Of a stretch of 64,000 nucleotides of DNA, positions 54,034 to 62,857 are shown one piece after another. Below the pieces are notes generated by a model. The model ran no database searches. It was not told where the DNA came from and worked only from the letters and a program-made list of their open reading frames with translations. Position 1 is the stretch's first letter. Each line of letters begins with the position of its first letter. Both the position numbers and the translations under genes were made by a program. This stretch comes from an uncultured Selenomonadales bacterium (GTDB lineage Bacteria; Bacillota; Negativicutes; Selenomonadales; Selenomonadaceae), in the NCBI GenBank assembly GCA_946183785.1, contig CAMHCS010000003.1, positions 317 to 64,316 of the forward strand. Reading direction: 5' to 3'.

Positions 54034-54693
54034 TCAGTTTTGTTCCGTTTTGCCGATGCGGCCCAAATGGGTCACATGGTATCCGTGATTTTCAAGCTCC
54101 TTCAACAGATCCCCTTCGTTCATGAAGTCGCCGCGGACAATGATGTCGTACTTGCCCATGTCCTTCTTGCAGGTGACGAAGCTGTCGATGTTGAAGCCCG
54201 CGTCGGCGAAGATGCCCGCGATGTCCTTGACGACGCCGACCTTGTTGTCGACCTCGATGGTGATGCGGTCTTTGCCTTCGGAGAGGCCCATGATCTCAAC
54301 GAGGGCGTTGAAGATGTCCGTCTCGGTGATTACACCGACGACTGTGCCGACGTCGGTGACGACAGGCACGCCGCCAATCTTGTTCATCGACATCAGCAGC
54401 GCCGCTTCTTCGATCGGCGCGTTTTCGTTGACGGAAATGACCTTGTCGCTCATGATTTCGCGGATGGAAATTTTCGCCAGCAGCGAATTGATCTCATAGC
54501 GGGAAAGCGTCGTGGCGGCGGACGGCGACACGCGCATCAGGTCTTTGTCTGTGACGATGCCGACGAGCTTGCCGTTTTCGACGACGGGCAGGCGGCGAAT
54601 CTTGTGCTCCTTGAGGAGTGCGGCGGCGGCGTCCACCTTGTCTTCCGGTTTGATGGAAATAGGATTTCGGGTCATACGATCAGCTACAAACAT
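54034..54693 (-). CDS. CBS-pair plus ACT domain protein (AcuB-like)
   Basis: MFVADRMTRNPISIKPEDKV...IRRLPVVENGKLVGIVTDKDL and a second CBS repeat, with a C-terminal ACT-like domain. ATG 54693 follows AAGGGAGAG. Confidence 0.78.
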   Translation of the reverse strand: MFVADRMTRNPISIKPEDKVDAAAALLKEHKIRRLPVVENGKLVGIVTDKDLMRVSPSAATTLSRYEINSLLAKISIREIMSDKVISVNENAPIEEAALLMSMNKIGGVPVVTDVGTVVGVITETDIFNALVEIMGLSEGKDRITIEVDNKVGVVKDIAGIFADAGFNIDSFVTCKKDMGKYDIIVRGDFMNEGDLLKELENHGYHVTHLGRIGKTEQN

Positions 54694-54811
54694 TGTGGAT
54701 AACTCTCCCTTCATAAACTCAGACGTATATATGCAGATGTGGGTATATTTCTAAAATACTCAAACATATTATTCGCGCTGAAAGAAAAAACTCCTTCCTG
54801 CCTTACAAATT

Positions 54812-55525
54812 TTATCCTCCCAAATACGCTTTTCGTACTTCCTCACTGGCGGCGAGTTCCTTTGCGCTGCCGGAGAGCGCGATGCGTCCCGTTTCGAGGA
54901 CGTAGGCGCGATGAGCAATGGAAAGTGCCATGTTCGCGTTCTGTTCGACGAGCAGCACCGTCGTTCCCGTCTTGTTGATATCAACGATGATGTTGAAGAT
55001 TTCACGGATCAAAAGTGGAGCGAGACCCATCGAAGGCTCGTCGAGAAGCAGCAGGCGCGGACGGCTCATCAGCGCGCGGCCCATGGCCAGCATTTGCTGT
55101 TCGCCGCCGGACAGCGTGCCGGCGGCCTGCTCCTTGCGCTCGAGCAGGCGTGGGAAGCGTCCGAAGACCATATCCATGTCGGCGGCGATGCCGTCGGCGT
55201 CGTCCCGTGAGTATGCTCCAAGTTCCAAATTTTCCAGTACGGTCATGTTCGCGAAAATGCGCCGACCTTCCGGCACCTGCGAAATTCCGGCTTTGACGAT
55301 TTGTTGCGCCGGGCGTCCTGCGATAGATTCGCCTTCAAACAGGATGTCGCCTTCTTTCGGCTTTAAAAGGCCCGAGATCGTGCGGAGCGTCGTGGATTTC
55401 CCCGCGCCGTTGGAGCCGATCAATGTGACGATTTCGCCCTGCCGCACGGTGAGGCTCACGCCTTTGATGGCGTGAATCGCTCCGTAGTATACATGAATGT
55501 CCTTGATTTCCAGCATATCCGGCAT
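54812..55525 (-). CDS. livF: Branched-chain amino acid ABC transporter ATP-binding protein LivF
   Basis: Walker A GSNGAGKST, signature LSGGEQQMLAMGRAL, Walker B LLLLDEPSMGLAP. TGATG overlap with livG. Confidence 0.9.
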   Translation of the reverse strand: MPDMLEIKDIHVYYGAIHAIKGVSLTVRQGEIVTLIGSNGAGKSTTLRTISGLLKPKEGDILFEGESIAGRPAQQIVKAGISQVPEGRRIFANMTVLENLELGAYSRDDADGIAADMDMVFGRFPRLLERKEQAAGTLSGGEQQMLAMGRALMSRPRLLLLDEPSMGLAPLLIREIFNIIVDINKTGTTVLLVEQNANMALSIAHRAYVLETGRIALSGSAKELAASEEVRKAYLGG

Positions 55526-56295
55526 CAGGCGTCACCTCCCAGATAAGCGCGAATGACCTCGGGATTTTTCTGGATTTCCTCCGGCGTGCCGTGGGCGATG
55601 ATCTGTCCGTACTCGAGGACATAGATGCGCTCGCAGATGCCCATGACGAGGCTCATGTCGTGCTCGATCAAAAGGATCGTCAGCGAGAACTGATCGCGAA
55701 TCCAGCGGATCATGTCCATCAGTTCCTGGGTTTCCTGCGGGTTCATACCCGCCGCCGGCTCGTCGAGGAGCAGCAGTTTCGGTTTCGAGGCCAGCGCGCG
55801 GGCAATCTCCAGGCGGCGCTGGGCGCCATAAGGCAGATTTTTGGCGGTTTCGTTCGCCTTGTCGTCGAGCTTGAAAATTTTCAACATGCGCATGCTTTCC
55901 GCAACGACCTCGTCCTCCTCGGAAAAATAACGGCCGACGCGGAAGATTGCTTCGAACAGGCCGTAGTTCACATGCTGATGGCAGGCGATTTTGACGTTGT
56001 CCAGCACGGAAAGCTCGGAGAAAAGGCGTATGTTTTGGAATGTGCGGGCAATCCCGCGTTGGGTGATCTGGTACGGCGCGAGGCCGACGATGCTGTCGCC
56101 CTCGAATTCGATATGGCCGCTGGTCGGCTGGTAGACGCCGGTGAACAGGTTGAACGCAGTAGTCTTGCCCGCGCCGTTCGGCCCAATCAGGCCGATCAGC
56201 TCGCCCTGGTCGATGTAGATATTGAAATCGGAAACGGCTTTCAGGCCGCCGAACATCTCAACGACGTTCGACGCTTTGAGCAGCGGTTCAGCCAT
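55525..56295 (-). CDS. livG: Branched-chain amino acid ABC transporter ATP-binding protein LivG
   Basis: GPNGAGKTT, LPYGAQRRLEIARAL and LLLLDEPAAGMNP motifs. Confidence 0.9.
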   Translation of the reverse strand: MAEPLLKASNVVEMFGGLKAVSDFNIYIDQGELIGLIGPNGAGKTTAFNLFTGVYQPTSGHIEFEGDSIVGLAPYQITQRGIARTFQNIRLFSELSVLDNVKIACHQHVNYGLFEAIFRVGRYFSEEDEVVAESMRMLKIFKLDDKANETAKNLPYGAQRRLEIARALASKPKLLLLDEPAAGMNPQETQELMDMIRWIRDQFSLTILLIEHDMSLVMGICERIYVLEYGQIIAHGTPEEIQKNPEVIRAYLGGDA

Positions 56296-57241
56296 CGCTC
56301 TTTCCCCCCTTTCGGAAACGATTGAAAGGCGCGAGGTTCGTGATTTCCATGTAGCCGAAAAGCCCCTGCGGGCGGTAGAACATCAGCAGGATCAACGCCA
56401 GCGCGTAGATGATCATGCGGTATTCGGGCCAGTCCGCAAGAATCGCCGAGATGAACGTCACGACGAACGCTCCCGCGATGGCGCCAGTAATCGAGCCGAG
56501 ACCGCCGAGCACGACCATGATCAGGTAATTGAAGGACTGCATAAAGGTAAAGGAAAGCGGCGTGATGATATAGAAGATGTGGGCAAAGAGACCGCCCGCC
56601 ACGCCGGCGAAAGCAGCGCCGATGGTGAAAGCCATGACTTTGTATTTCGTCGTGTTGACGCCCATGGCCTCCGCCGCGATCTCGTTCTCACGGATCGCGA
56701 TGCAGGCGCGGCCGTGCGTCGAGTTCACGAAGTTTTTAATGACGAAAAGCGTTGCGAGGAGCGAGAAGAACACCCAGGGGAAAGTCGTCAGATGCGGAAT
56801 GCCGGAAAAGCCAGCCGCGCCGCCGACGTACTGGATATTCATCAGCACGATGCGGATGATCTCTGAAAGGCCTAATGTGGCGATGGCCAGATAGTCGCCG
56901 GAGAGACGAAGCGTTGGCAAGCCAATCAGACAGCCTAGAGCCCCCGCCGCTGCGCCGCCTGCGAGAAGCGCAGCGAGGAACGGCAGATGGAGATTCGCGG
57001 TCAGCACCACAGACACATAGGCGCCGACGGCCATGAATCCGGCGTGGCCGAGAGAGAATTGCCCGGTGTAGCCGTTGATCAGGTTCAGGCTCGCAGCCAT
57101 GATGATGTTGACGCCGATAATCAGGATATTCAGTTTCCAAAACGAGCCGATGAAGCCCGTTTCCATAAGACCGTAAAGGACGGCGAAAATCACAAGCCCC
57201 AGGAGGAGCATGACGGCGTCCCGTTTTTGCAATGCGTTCAT
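56288..57241 (-). CDS. livM: Branched-chain amino acid ABC transporter permease LivM
   Basis: 317-aa polytopic membrane protein with GQFSLGHAGFMAVGAY, typical of LivM. Overlaps the livG start by 8 nt. Confidence 0.88.
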   Translation of the reverse strand: MNALQKRDAVMLLLGLVIFAVLYGLMETGFIGSFWKLNILIIGVNIIMAASLNLINGYTGQFSLGHAGFMAVGAYVSVVLTANLHLPFLAALLAGGAAAGALGCLIGLPTLRLSGDYLAIATLGLSEIIRIVLMNIQYVGGAAGFSGIPHLTTFPWVFFSLLATLFVIKNFVNSTHGRACIAIRENEIAAEAMGVNTTKYKVMAFTIGAAFAGVAGGLFAHIFYIITPLSFTFMQSFNYLIMVVLGGLGSITGAIAGAFVVTFISAILADWPEYRMIIYALALILLMFYRPQGLFGYMEITNLAPFNRFRKGGKSDG

Positions 57242-57250
57242 GCTCTCACC

Positions 57251-58141
57251 TCACACCTTCTCCTGCGAGTCCCGGCCGAAAATGCCGCTGGGCCGGAACA
57301 GGAGGACCAGAATCAAGATCGCGAAGGCCGCCGCGTCTCGGAACGTCGAGGACAGAAAGCCCGAAACAAACGCTTCGATGACGCCGAGAATCAGGCCGCC
57401 GACCACAGCGCCGGGCAGGCTGCCGATGCCGCCGAGCACCGCCGCGACGAATGCTTTGAGACCGGGCATGATGCCCATCAAAGGATCGATGGAATTGTAG
57501 TAGACGCCGACGAGCACGCCGCCCGCCGCTGCCAGCGCCGAACCGATACCGAAAGTCGCGCCGATGACGCGGTCCGCGTCAACGCCCATCAGCTGTGCCG
57601 TCTCCGTGTCAAAAGAAACCGCGCGCATGGCCTTTCCAATTTTCGTTTTTTGTACGATATACGTCAGCAGCACCGTCAGCACGAAGGTGATCGCGAAAAT
57701 CAGCACCTGCTGGCCGTTTACGATAAAGTCCCCGATGTGGAACGCGACGCTGGAGTCAAAAACCTCTGGGAAGGTGCGCGGCGTCGGCGAGACAAACAGC
57801 ATGCTCGTGTATTCGAGAAAGAAAGAAACGCCGATGGCCGTAATCAAAAGGGAAATGCGCGGCGCGTGGCGAAGCGGTTTGTAGGCGATGCGTTCGACGA
57901 GGCAGCCGATCAGCCCCGTCACAACCATTGAAACGACCAGAGCCGGAAAAATACCGAGCCCCGCCTGGGCCACCGCGAAAAATCCGATATAGGCGCCCAC
58001 CATGTAAATATCGCCGTGGGCGAAATTAATCAGCTTGATGATGCCGTAAACCATCGTATAGCCGAGGGCGATCAGCGCGTAAATGCTTCCGAGGGAAACG
58101 CCGTTGATGAGCTGCTGCACCACCTGGCTCATGAAATCCAT
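57251..58141 (-). CDS. livH: Branched-chain amino acid ABC transporter permease LivH
   Basis: MDFMSQVVQQLINGVSLGSIYALIALGYTMVYGIIKLINFAHGD. ATG 58141 follows GAGGTGG. The ORF-track start at 58207 translates the repeat element. Confidence 0.9.
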   Translation of the reverse strand: MDFMSQVVQQLINGVSLGSIYALIALGYTMVYGIIKLINFAHGDIYMVGAYIGFFAVAQAGLGIFPALVVSMVVTGLIGCLVERIAYKPLRHAPRISLLITAIGVSFFLEYTSMLFVSPTPRTFPEVFDSSVAFHIGDFIVNGQQVLIFAITFVLTVLLTYIVQKTKIGKAMRAVSFDTETAQLMGVDADRVIGATFGIGSALAAAGGVLVGVYYNSIDPLMGIMPGLKAFVAAVLGGIGSLPGAVVGGLILGVIEAFVSGFLSSTFRDAAAFAILILVLLFRPSGIFGRDSQEKV

Positions 58142-58160
58142 TGAAACCACCTCTAATAAA

Positions 58161-58235
58161 GAGTGAAGAGTGGAGAGTGAAGAATGGAGATACGGCTGTA
58201 TCTTCACTCTTCACTCTTAACTCTCCACTCTCTTA
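58161..58235. repeat. Imperfect palindrome built from GAGTGAA/GAGTGGA heptamer-family units, in the livJ-livH intergenic region
   Basis: Left arm GAGTGAAGAGTGGAGAGTGAAGAATGGAGATA. Right arm TATCTTCACTCTTCACTCTTAACTCTCCACTCTC. It shares the GTGAAGAGTGGAGAG core with 40353-40367. Confidence 0.75.
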
Positions 58236-58261
58236 AAAAGGAAGGCCGCATCGCTGCGGCC
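58235..58261 (-). terminator. Hairpin with T-tract directly after livJ (intra-operon attenuator/terminator)
   Basis: Stem GGCCGCA (58244-58250) / TGCGGCC (58255-58261), with T-rich sequence on both flanks. Confidence 0.65.
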
Positions 58262-58292
58262 CCTTTTTTCCTATCAAAATATCCGCGTCAAC

Positions 58293-59471
58293 TTACGGGA
58301 CAATCTTCGCGACGACCTCGCGGTTGCCGTTCTTGTTTTCGAGAATTACCGCCTGCTTGATCGGGTTGTGGTTCGCGTCCATCGAGATCGTGCCCGTGCC
58401 GGCCTTCAGGTTCTTCGTCTCGGCAATCGCCTTCGCGACCTTCTCCGAATCGTCGGAGCCCGCGCGCTTCAGCGCGTCAATCAGCACCTTGCCGGCATCG
58501 TAGCCGAGAGCCGCGAACACGTTCGGCGCATGGCCGAACTTCTTGTTGTACGCATCGAGGAACGGCTTGACCTCGGCGTCCTTATCCGAATAATGGGTGC
58601 AGAAGAACGTGTTGTTGATGGCGTCAGCGCCCGCGATATCCTTGACCTTCGGATCGTCCCAGCCGTCCGTGCCGAGAATCGGCGTCGTGATACCAAGCTC
58701 GCGCGCCTGTTTCACGATTTTGCCGACTTCCTCATAATACGCCGGAACGAACATTACGTCCGCGCCCGCCGTCTTCAGCTTCGTCAGCGTAGCCTTGAAA
58801 TCCTGATCCTTTTGGACGAAGGCCTCTTCCATCAGCACTTTGCCTCCCGCGGCTTCGAACTTCTCCTTGAAGACCTGCGCGAGGCTCTTGGAGTAATCGG
58901 ACGAGGAATCAAAATAGATGACCGCCGTCTTTGCCTTCAGGTTCTCCTTCGCGAACTTCGCCATGACGTCTCCCTGCTGCGGATCGATGAAGCAGCTGCG
59001 GAACACGAACGGCTGCACTTTGCCGTTGTCTACCGTGACCTTCGCGCTCGTCGCGCAGGGAGCCAGAATCGGAACTTTGTGCTCGGTAGCGACCTGTGTT
59101 TCCGCGATAACCGGAGCCGTCGTAGCCGGGCCGACCAGTACCTTGACCTTGTCGTCGGCGATCAGCTTCGTTGCCGAGTTCACAGCCTCGGAGGTTTCGG
59201 ACTTCGTATCGGCTTTGATCAGCTTGATCTTCTTGCCGTTGATGCCGCCCGCTGCATTGATCTCGTCGATGGCCAGCTCAAGTCCTTCGTACGTCGCGAC
59301 GCCGTAATTCGCCACGTTGCCCGTCAGCTCGAAATTCGCACCGATCTTAATTTCGTTGGCGTCGGCCTTCTTGTCGCCGCCGCCCGCGCCGCCGCAGCCG
59401 GTCAAAACGCCTCCGAGCATCATGACGCCGGCCAAAAGTGCGGCCATACGTCCCTTTCTACCGAATCTCAT
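58293..59471 (-). CDS. livJ: Branched-chain amino acid ABC transporter substrate-binding lipoprotein (LivJ/LivK-like)
   Basis: Lipobox GGVLTGCGG. IKIGANFELTGNVANYGV and the periplasmic-binding type I fold pattern. 392 aa. Confidence 0.88.
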   Translation of the reverse strand: MRFGRKGRMAALLAGVMMLGGVLTGCGGAGGGDKKADANEIKIGANFELTGNVANYGVATYEGLELAIDEINAAGGINGKKIKLIKADTKSETSEAVNSATKLIADDKVKVLVGPATTAPVIAETQVATEHKVPILAPCATSAKVTVDNGKVQPFVFRSCFIDPQQGDVMAKFAKENLKAKTAVIYFDSSSDYSKSLAQVFKEKFEAAGGKVLMEEAFVQKDQDFKATLTKLKTAGADVMFVPAYYEEVGKIVKQARELGITTPILGTDGWDDPKVKDIAGADAINNTFFCTHYSDKDAEVKPFLDAYNKKFGHAPNVFAALGYDAGKVLIDALKRAGSDDSEKVAKAIAETKNLKAGTGTISMDANHNPIKQAVILENKNGNREVVAKIVP

Positions 59472-59541
59472 GGAAACCCCTCCTTAAAATTACCGTCACG
59501 TCTTGTTTATATTTATTGTAGAAAGACGCCGCGTCGCGAAA

Positions 59542-59575
59542 CAAAAAACTCCATGCGTCTATGTTCCGCATGGAG
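59542..59575 (-). terminator. Intrinsic terminator after gmhA
   Basis: Minus strand: stem CTCCATGCG / CGCATGGAG (59549-59575) followed by TTTTTTG. Confidence 0.75.
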
Positions 59576-59638
59576 TTTATTATAGGTGACAGCCCTTTAA
59601 TAGTCAATAGTCCGCGAGAGAAAAACGAAATGTATACT

Positions 59639-60289
59639 TTACGCCTCAAAGAATTCTTCCTCCGCTGCGGCGCAGAGCGCATGGTAAACGGGGAGGTGAA
59701 GCTCCTGGATTCGGTAGGTCTCGTCGTCAGGGACGGCGATGGTGATATCGGAGATCCCTTTCAGCCTGCCGCCTGAGCGTCCTGTCAGCGCGACGGTTTT
59801 CAGCCCGCACACGCGGGCCGCCTCCACCGCGTAGACGACGTTTTTCGAGTTGCCGGACGTGCTGATGGCGAGCAGCACGTCGCCCTCTTTGCCGAGCCCG
59901 AGTACCTGCTGAGCGAAAACGAGGTCGGCGGCCTGGTCGTTGGCGAAAGCCGTGCCGAGCGCAATCTGGTTGACCAGCGAAAGAGCCGGCAGCGCGCCCT
60001 GCAGATTTTGGGAGAGGTAATCGGCGTCCTGCGGGAACGCGGCCTTGATTTTTTGTCGCAATTCTTCGGAGAGCGGGCGTTTTTTCAAAAAGCCCTTCAT
60101 CAGCTCCCCGACGATGTGCTCGGCGTCCGCCGCGCTGCCGCCGTTGCCGCAGACGATTAATTTCCCGCCTGCATGATAGCTCGCGCAGATTGACGCTGTT
60201 GCCGCGAGAATATCGTCGCGGCAAGGTTCCAATGCAGGATAGCGATTAAAAAGTATATCCAGCGATTTTTTCGTCGAGGCTTTCATCAT
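59639..60289 (-). CDS. gmhA: SIS-domain D-sedoheptulose-7-phosphate isomerase (GmhA-like)
   Basis: LIVCGNGGSAADAEHIVGEL and LLAISTSGNSKNV motifs. 216 aa. Confidence 0.8.
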   Translation of the reverse strand: MMKASTKKSLDILFNRYPALEPCRDDILAATASICASYHAGGKLIVCGNGGSAADAEHIVGELMKGFLKKRPLSEELRQKIKAAFPQDADYLSQNLQGALPALSLVNQIALGTAFANDQAADLVFAQQVLGLGKEGDVLLAISTSGNSKNVVYAVEAARVCGLKTVALTGRSGGRLKGISDITIAVPDDETYRIQELHLPVYHALCAAAEEEFFEA

Positions 60290-60942
60290 CTGCTCCTGTA
60301 CCAGTCCGCCGTGCGCTTCGGCTCATAGTCCGTACCGATGCGCTCCTGTGTGCGAAAACTGCGCGCAGTCTGCGGCGGACGAATGTCGGGAATCGGGAAC
60401 GGCGCCGCCTGCGGCTCCTGCCGATACGGGGGTTCACGTCTCGCGGAACCGCTGCGGAAGGAACCCAAAAGCCGCGAGAGGAAACGAAACGCGAAATAAA
60501 TCAAAACGCCGTTGATGAGCAGACCGAAGAGGTCGCCCATGAAACTGCCCATGCCAAAGCCGAACAGACGGCCCAACATACTGCCGAGCATCATGCCGCC
60601 CGCGAGTAGCCCCACGTTCCGCATCATGTTGCCCCATCGGGTGCCTTGATACGGCACGGAGTTCCTGCCCGTCTGCCCTGAGGGCGCAGCAGCCCGCGGC
60701 GTGGTCGAGGGAATGTCGCCCGCCTTCTGCGAGGGGCGGTACTGCTGGTTCGGGCGTGCGTTTTGCGACGGGGAGGGCGTGTTCACACGCGGCGGCTGCG
60801 GCCTTGGCGTGTTCATGCGGGGCGTCGTCATGCGCGGCGCGCGCATGCCTCCGATGGCGGCCTCCGCGGGGATCGATAGGCACGCGACCGAGATCATGAG
60901 CAGTCCGGCGGCGGCAACCGCCATGATTTTTTTTCGCTTCAT
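60286..60942 (-). CDS. Secreted/membrane protein with a proline-rich repeat region and a Gly/Met-rich hydrophobic segment; unknown function
   Basis: Signal peptide AVAAAGLLMISVACLSIPAEA. Repeats PRMTTPRMNTPRPQPPRVNTP. Segment GLLAGGMMLGSMLGRLFGFGMGSFMGDLFGLLINGVLIYFAF. 4-nt overlap with the gmhA start. Confidence 0.6.
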   Translation of the reverse strand: MKRKKIMAVAAAGLLMISVACLSIPAEAAIGGMRAPRMTTPRMNTPRPQPPRVNTPSPSQNARPNQQYRPSQKAGDIPSTTPRAAAPSGQTGRNSVPYQGTRWGNMMRNVGLLAGGMMLGSMLGRLFGFGMGSFMGDLFGLLINGVLIYFAFRFLSRLLGSFRSGSARREPPYRQEPQAAPFPIPDIRPPQTARSFRTQERIGTDYEPKRTADWYRSR

Positions 60943-61235
60943 TATCTTAAAGACGCCTCCTGATCCGTGGATGCTTTAATATCGTCGGGGAACGCGTAAA
61001 TTTCGCCCAGCGTGTCAAGTTCCCCGGATAGATATCGGTCGATATCGTGGACGTCGATAAAGAGCTTGCATTCGATATCGAGATAGCCCTGCTCCCGGCC
61101 GCCGGAGACGTCGCGCACAGCAACCAGCTTCTCGCGCAGCGCTTCGCATTCAGAGCGCGTCGCGTGAATGTCCAGCTTGATCAGCGGCACGCCGTATTCC
61201 TTCAAAACTTCCTGCATCGTCATTCGCTCTGACAA
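60942..61235 (-). CDS. Hypothetical acidic cytoplasmic protein (97 aa)
   Basis: TTG start 8 nt after GGAGGAG. No family recognised. Its stop overlaps the start of the downstream secreted protein by 1 nt. Confidence 0.5.
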   Translation of the reverse strand: MSERMTMQEVLKEYGVPLIKLDIHATRSECEALREKLVAVRDVSGGREQGYLDIECKLFIDVHDIDRYLSGELDTLGEIYAFPDDIKASTDQEASLR

Positions 61236-61315
61236 TGAAATCGCTCCTCCAGTTATTATCGAAGCAATTATGCGAGGAAAATCTGATTTTCAAATGAAAA
61301 ACGGCGTAAGCGGGC

Positions 61316-61474
61316 TCAAGTCTTTTTTTCTGCCGACTCGCGCGCAAGAATTCGCTCCAATGCACGAATCGCATAACGCTGCGTTTCATAGTCGAGATCG
61401 CTGGCTTCCATCGCCATGCGTTTTCGCATCTCGTCAAGCTGCCGTTCCAGTCGCAGCCGCGTTTCCTTGTCCAT
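61316..61474 (-). CDS. Small helical hypothetical protein (52 aa)
   Basis: ATG 61474 is 8 nt after AGGAGG. Sequence MDKETRLRLERQLDEMRKRMAMEASDLDYETQRYAIRALERILARESAEKKT. Confidence 0.45.
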   Translation of the reverse strand: MDKETRLRLERQLDEMRKRMAMEASDLDYETQRYAIRALERILARESAEKKT

Positions 61475-61594
61475 GCTTCGCCCTCCTGCAAATAAGGATA
61501 TCAACTGGAAGAGCGTGTGTCAATAAAAAGACGCGGTTGACAAACGCGCTGTTCCATGCTTTACTTATATATTATTCATGGAAGGTGATTTTTC

Positions 61595-61981
61595 TTGGTT
61601 ATCGTTTACGGCCTTCTGGCCGCTCTTGTTGCGCTGTTCCTGTTTGAACAGGCGCGTCAGCTGTACAAGCTCAACACGGTCAACAACCTGATCCGCACTT
61701 ACGAGCACGATGTGGAAAACCCGAAGCTCATCGATGAGATGTACGACTTTTGCCTGAAGGACCGCAAACTGAAAAAGGTCATGGCGAAGCACAACCCGAC
61801 GAAGGAGGACTTCGACAAGCTCTACCACAAGCTGCTGCTTTGGACGAACTTCCGCAAGTACCGGCGGTTCGTGCCGATCTCGTCGTTCTTCGCCGTCTAT
61901 TCTCTCGATTACCTGCTGTCCCACAAGGACATGGACGCCTACGACCTGTCGAAGAAGATGTGCAATTTCTTCAATATATAG
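61595..61981 (+). CDS. Hypothetical protein with an N-terminal TM helix (128 aa)
   Basis: TTG start 7 nt after GGAAGGTG. GC3-rich codon usage like its neighbours. No family recognised. Confidence 0.5.
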   Translation: MVIVYGLLAALVALFLFEQARQLYKLNTVNNLIRTYEHDVENPKLIDEMYDFCLKDRKLKKVMAKHNPTKEDFDKLYHKLLLWTNFRKYRRFVPISSFFAVYSLDYLLSHKDMDAYDLSKKMCNFFNI

Positions 61982-61992
61982 CACGGTATACA

Positions 61993-62047
61993 AAAAAGGC
62001 CTCGTTTCGCGTGACGTTTTCACGTTCACGAAGCGAGGCCTTTTTGT
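61993..62047. terminator. Bidirectional terminator between convergent genes
   Basis: Stem GGCCTCGTTTCG (61998-62009) / CGAAGCGAGGCC (62029-62040), with one mismatch, flanked by AAAAAA and TTTTTG. Confidence 0.7.
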
Positions 62048-62637
62048 TATCTTTTCTTTATCAGCAGCGTTTTTTTGATTTCCAGGTCCTTGACCTGTTT
62101 GTTGAGCCGCGAGTATTCCAGCTTGTTTTCCATCAGCGACTGCATCGCATCTTTCTTTTCTTCGGGCGTCGCCGCCTCGTCGACCTGGTACTGCGCGAAC
62201 TCGATACGGATGTTCACTTCGTCCATCTCCGCGCCGAGCCGCTCGATGATCTTCTCGATCAGCTCCGGGTCCTTCAGTTCGTCGAGATCCTCGAAGTCTG
62301 TCGGCGTTCCTTCGGCTTCGGCTTTTTCGCCGTTCATGCCGAAGAGCGCCCCCCCTGTCACCAGCCCACCGACGAAGCCGCCGATGGGGCCGCCAATCAG
62401 TCGTCCGACGATGGAACTGCCCGCGACGATGGCCGCCTTGCTCCACAGCGACCCCACCTTCTTGTCCTGGCGCTCCGCGTACTTGCGGAACGACTCCCAG
62501 GGAATCTGGTAGCCCGCGCGATTCGACTGGCGGTCGCCCTCGATCTCCCCGTCCCGGATTTTCTTTCGCACCGTATATTCGCTGAGGCCGAGCTGCTCAG
62601 CGACCTCCTTGACCGTCAAGGTCTTTTGCTCCGTCAT
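62047..62637 (-). CDS. Excisionase/MerR-type HTH protein with a central glycine-zipper hydrophobic segment and a C-terminal coiled coil
   Basis: LTVKEVAEQLGLSEYTVRKKIRDGEI (HTH_17-like). AAIVAGSSIVGRLIGGPIGGFVGGLVTGGALFG. Acidic/coiled-coil tail. Confidence 0.65.
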   Translation of the reverse strand: MTEQKTLTVKEVAEQLGLSEYTVRKKIRDGEIEGDRQSNRAGYQIPWESFRKYAERQDKKVGSLWSKAAIVAGSSIVGRLIGGPIGGFVGGLVTGGALFGMNGEKAEAEGTPTDFEDLDELKDPELIEKIIERLGAEMDEVNIRIEFAQYQVDEAATPEEKKDAMQSLMENKLEYSRLNKQVKDLEIKKTLLIKKR

Positions 62638-62783
62638 GTCAATCCTTCTTTCGATGTTCGTTCCATGTTCTTTCCATATATGTTACCATACGAAACGAAA
62701 AAAAGCAACGATAGACCGATACTTAAATGAGTATAGAGTGATATAATATTGTTGCTCTAATTAAATTTTAATCAAAATTAATA

Positions 62784-62812
62784 TTGACAAAGCAACATAA
62801 AAACGTTATGAT
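62784..62812 (+). promoter_or_regulatory. Sigma-70-type promoter for the DUF1232 gene
   Basis: TTGACA (62784-62789), 17-nt spacer, TATGAT (62807-62812). A separate extended -10, TGATATAAT, lies at 62739-62747. Confidence 0.6.
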
Positions 62813-62857
62813 ACGCACAGATAAACCGATAACCCCAAAAACGGAACAAAGGAAAGG

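Noticed and set aside
58142-58207. N-terminal extension of livH (MKIQPYLHSSLSTLHSLLEVVS)
   Set aside because: It is the translation of the heptamer-family palindrome. A GAGGTGG RBS precedes the internal ATG at 58141, which gives the conserved LivH N-terminus.
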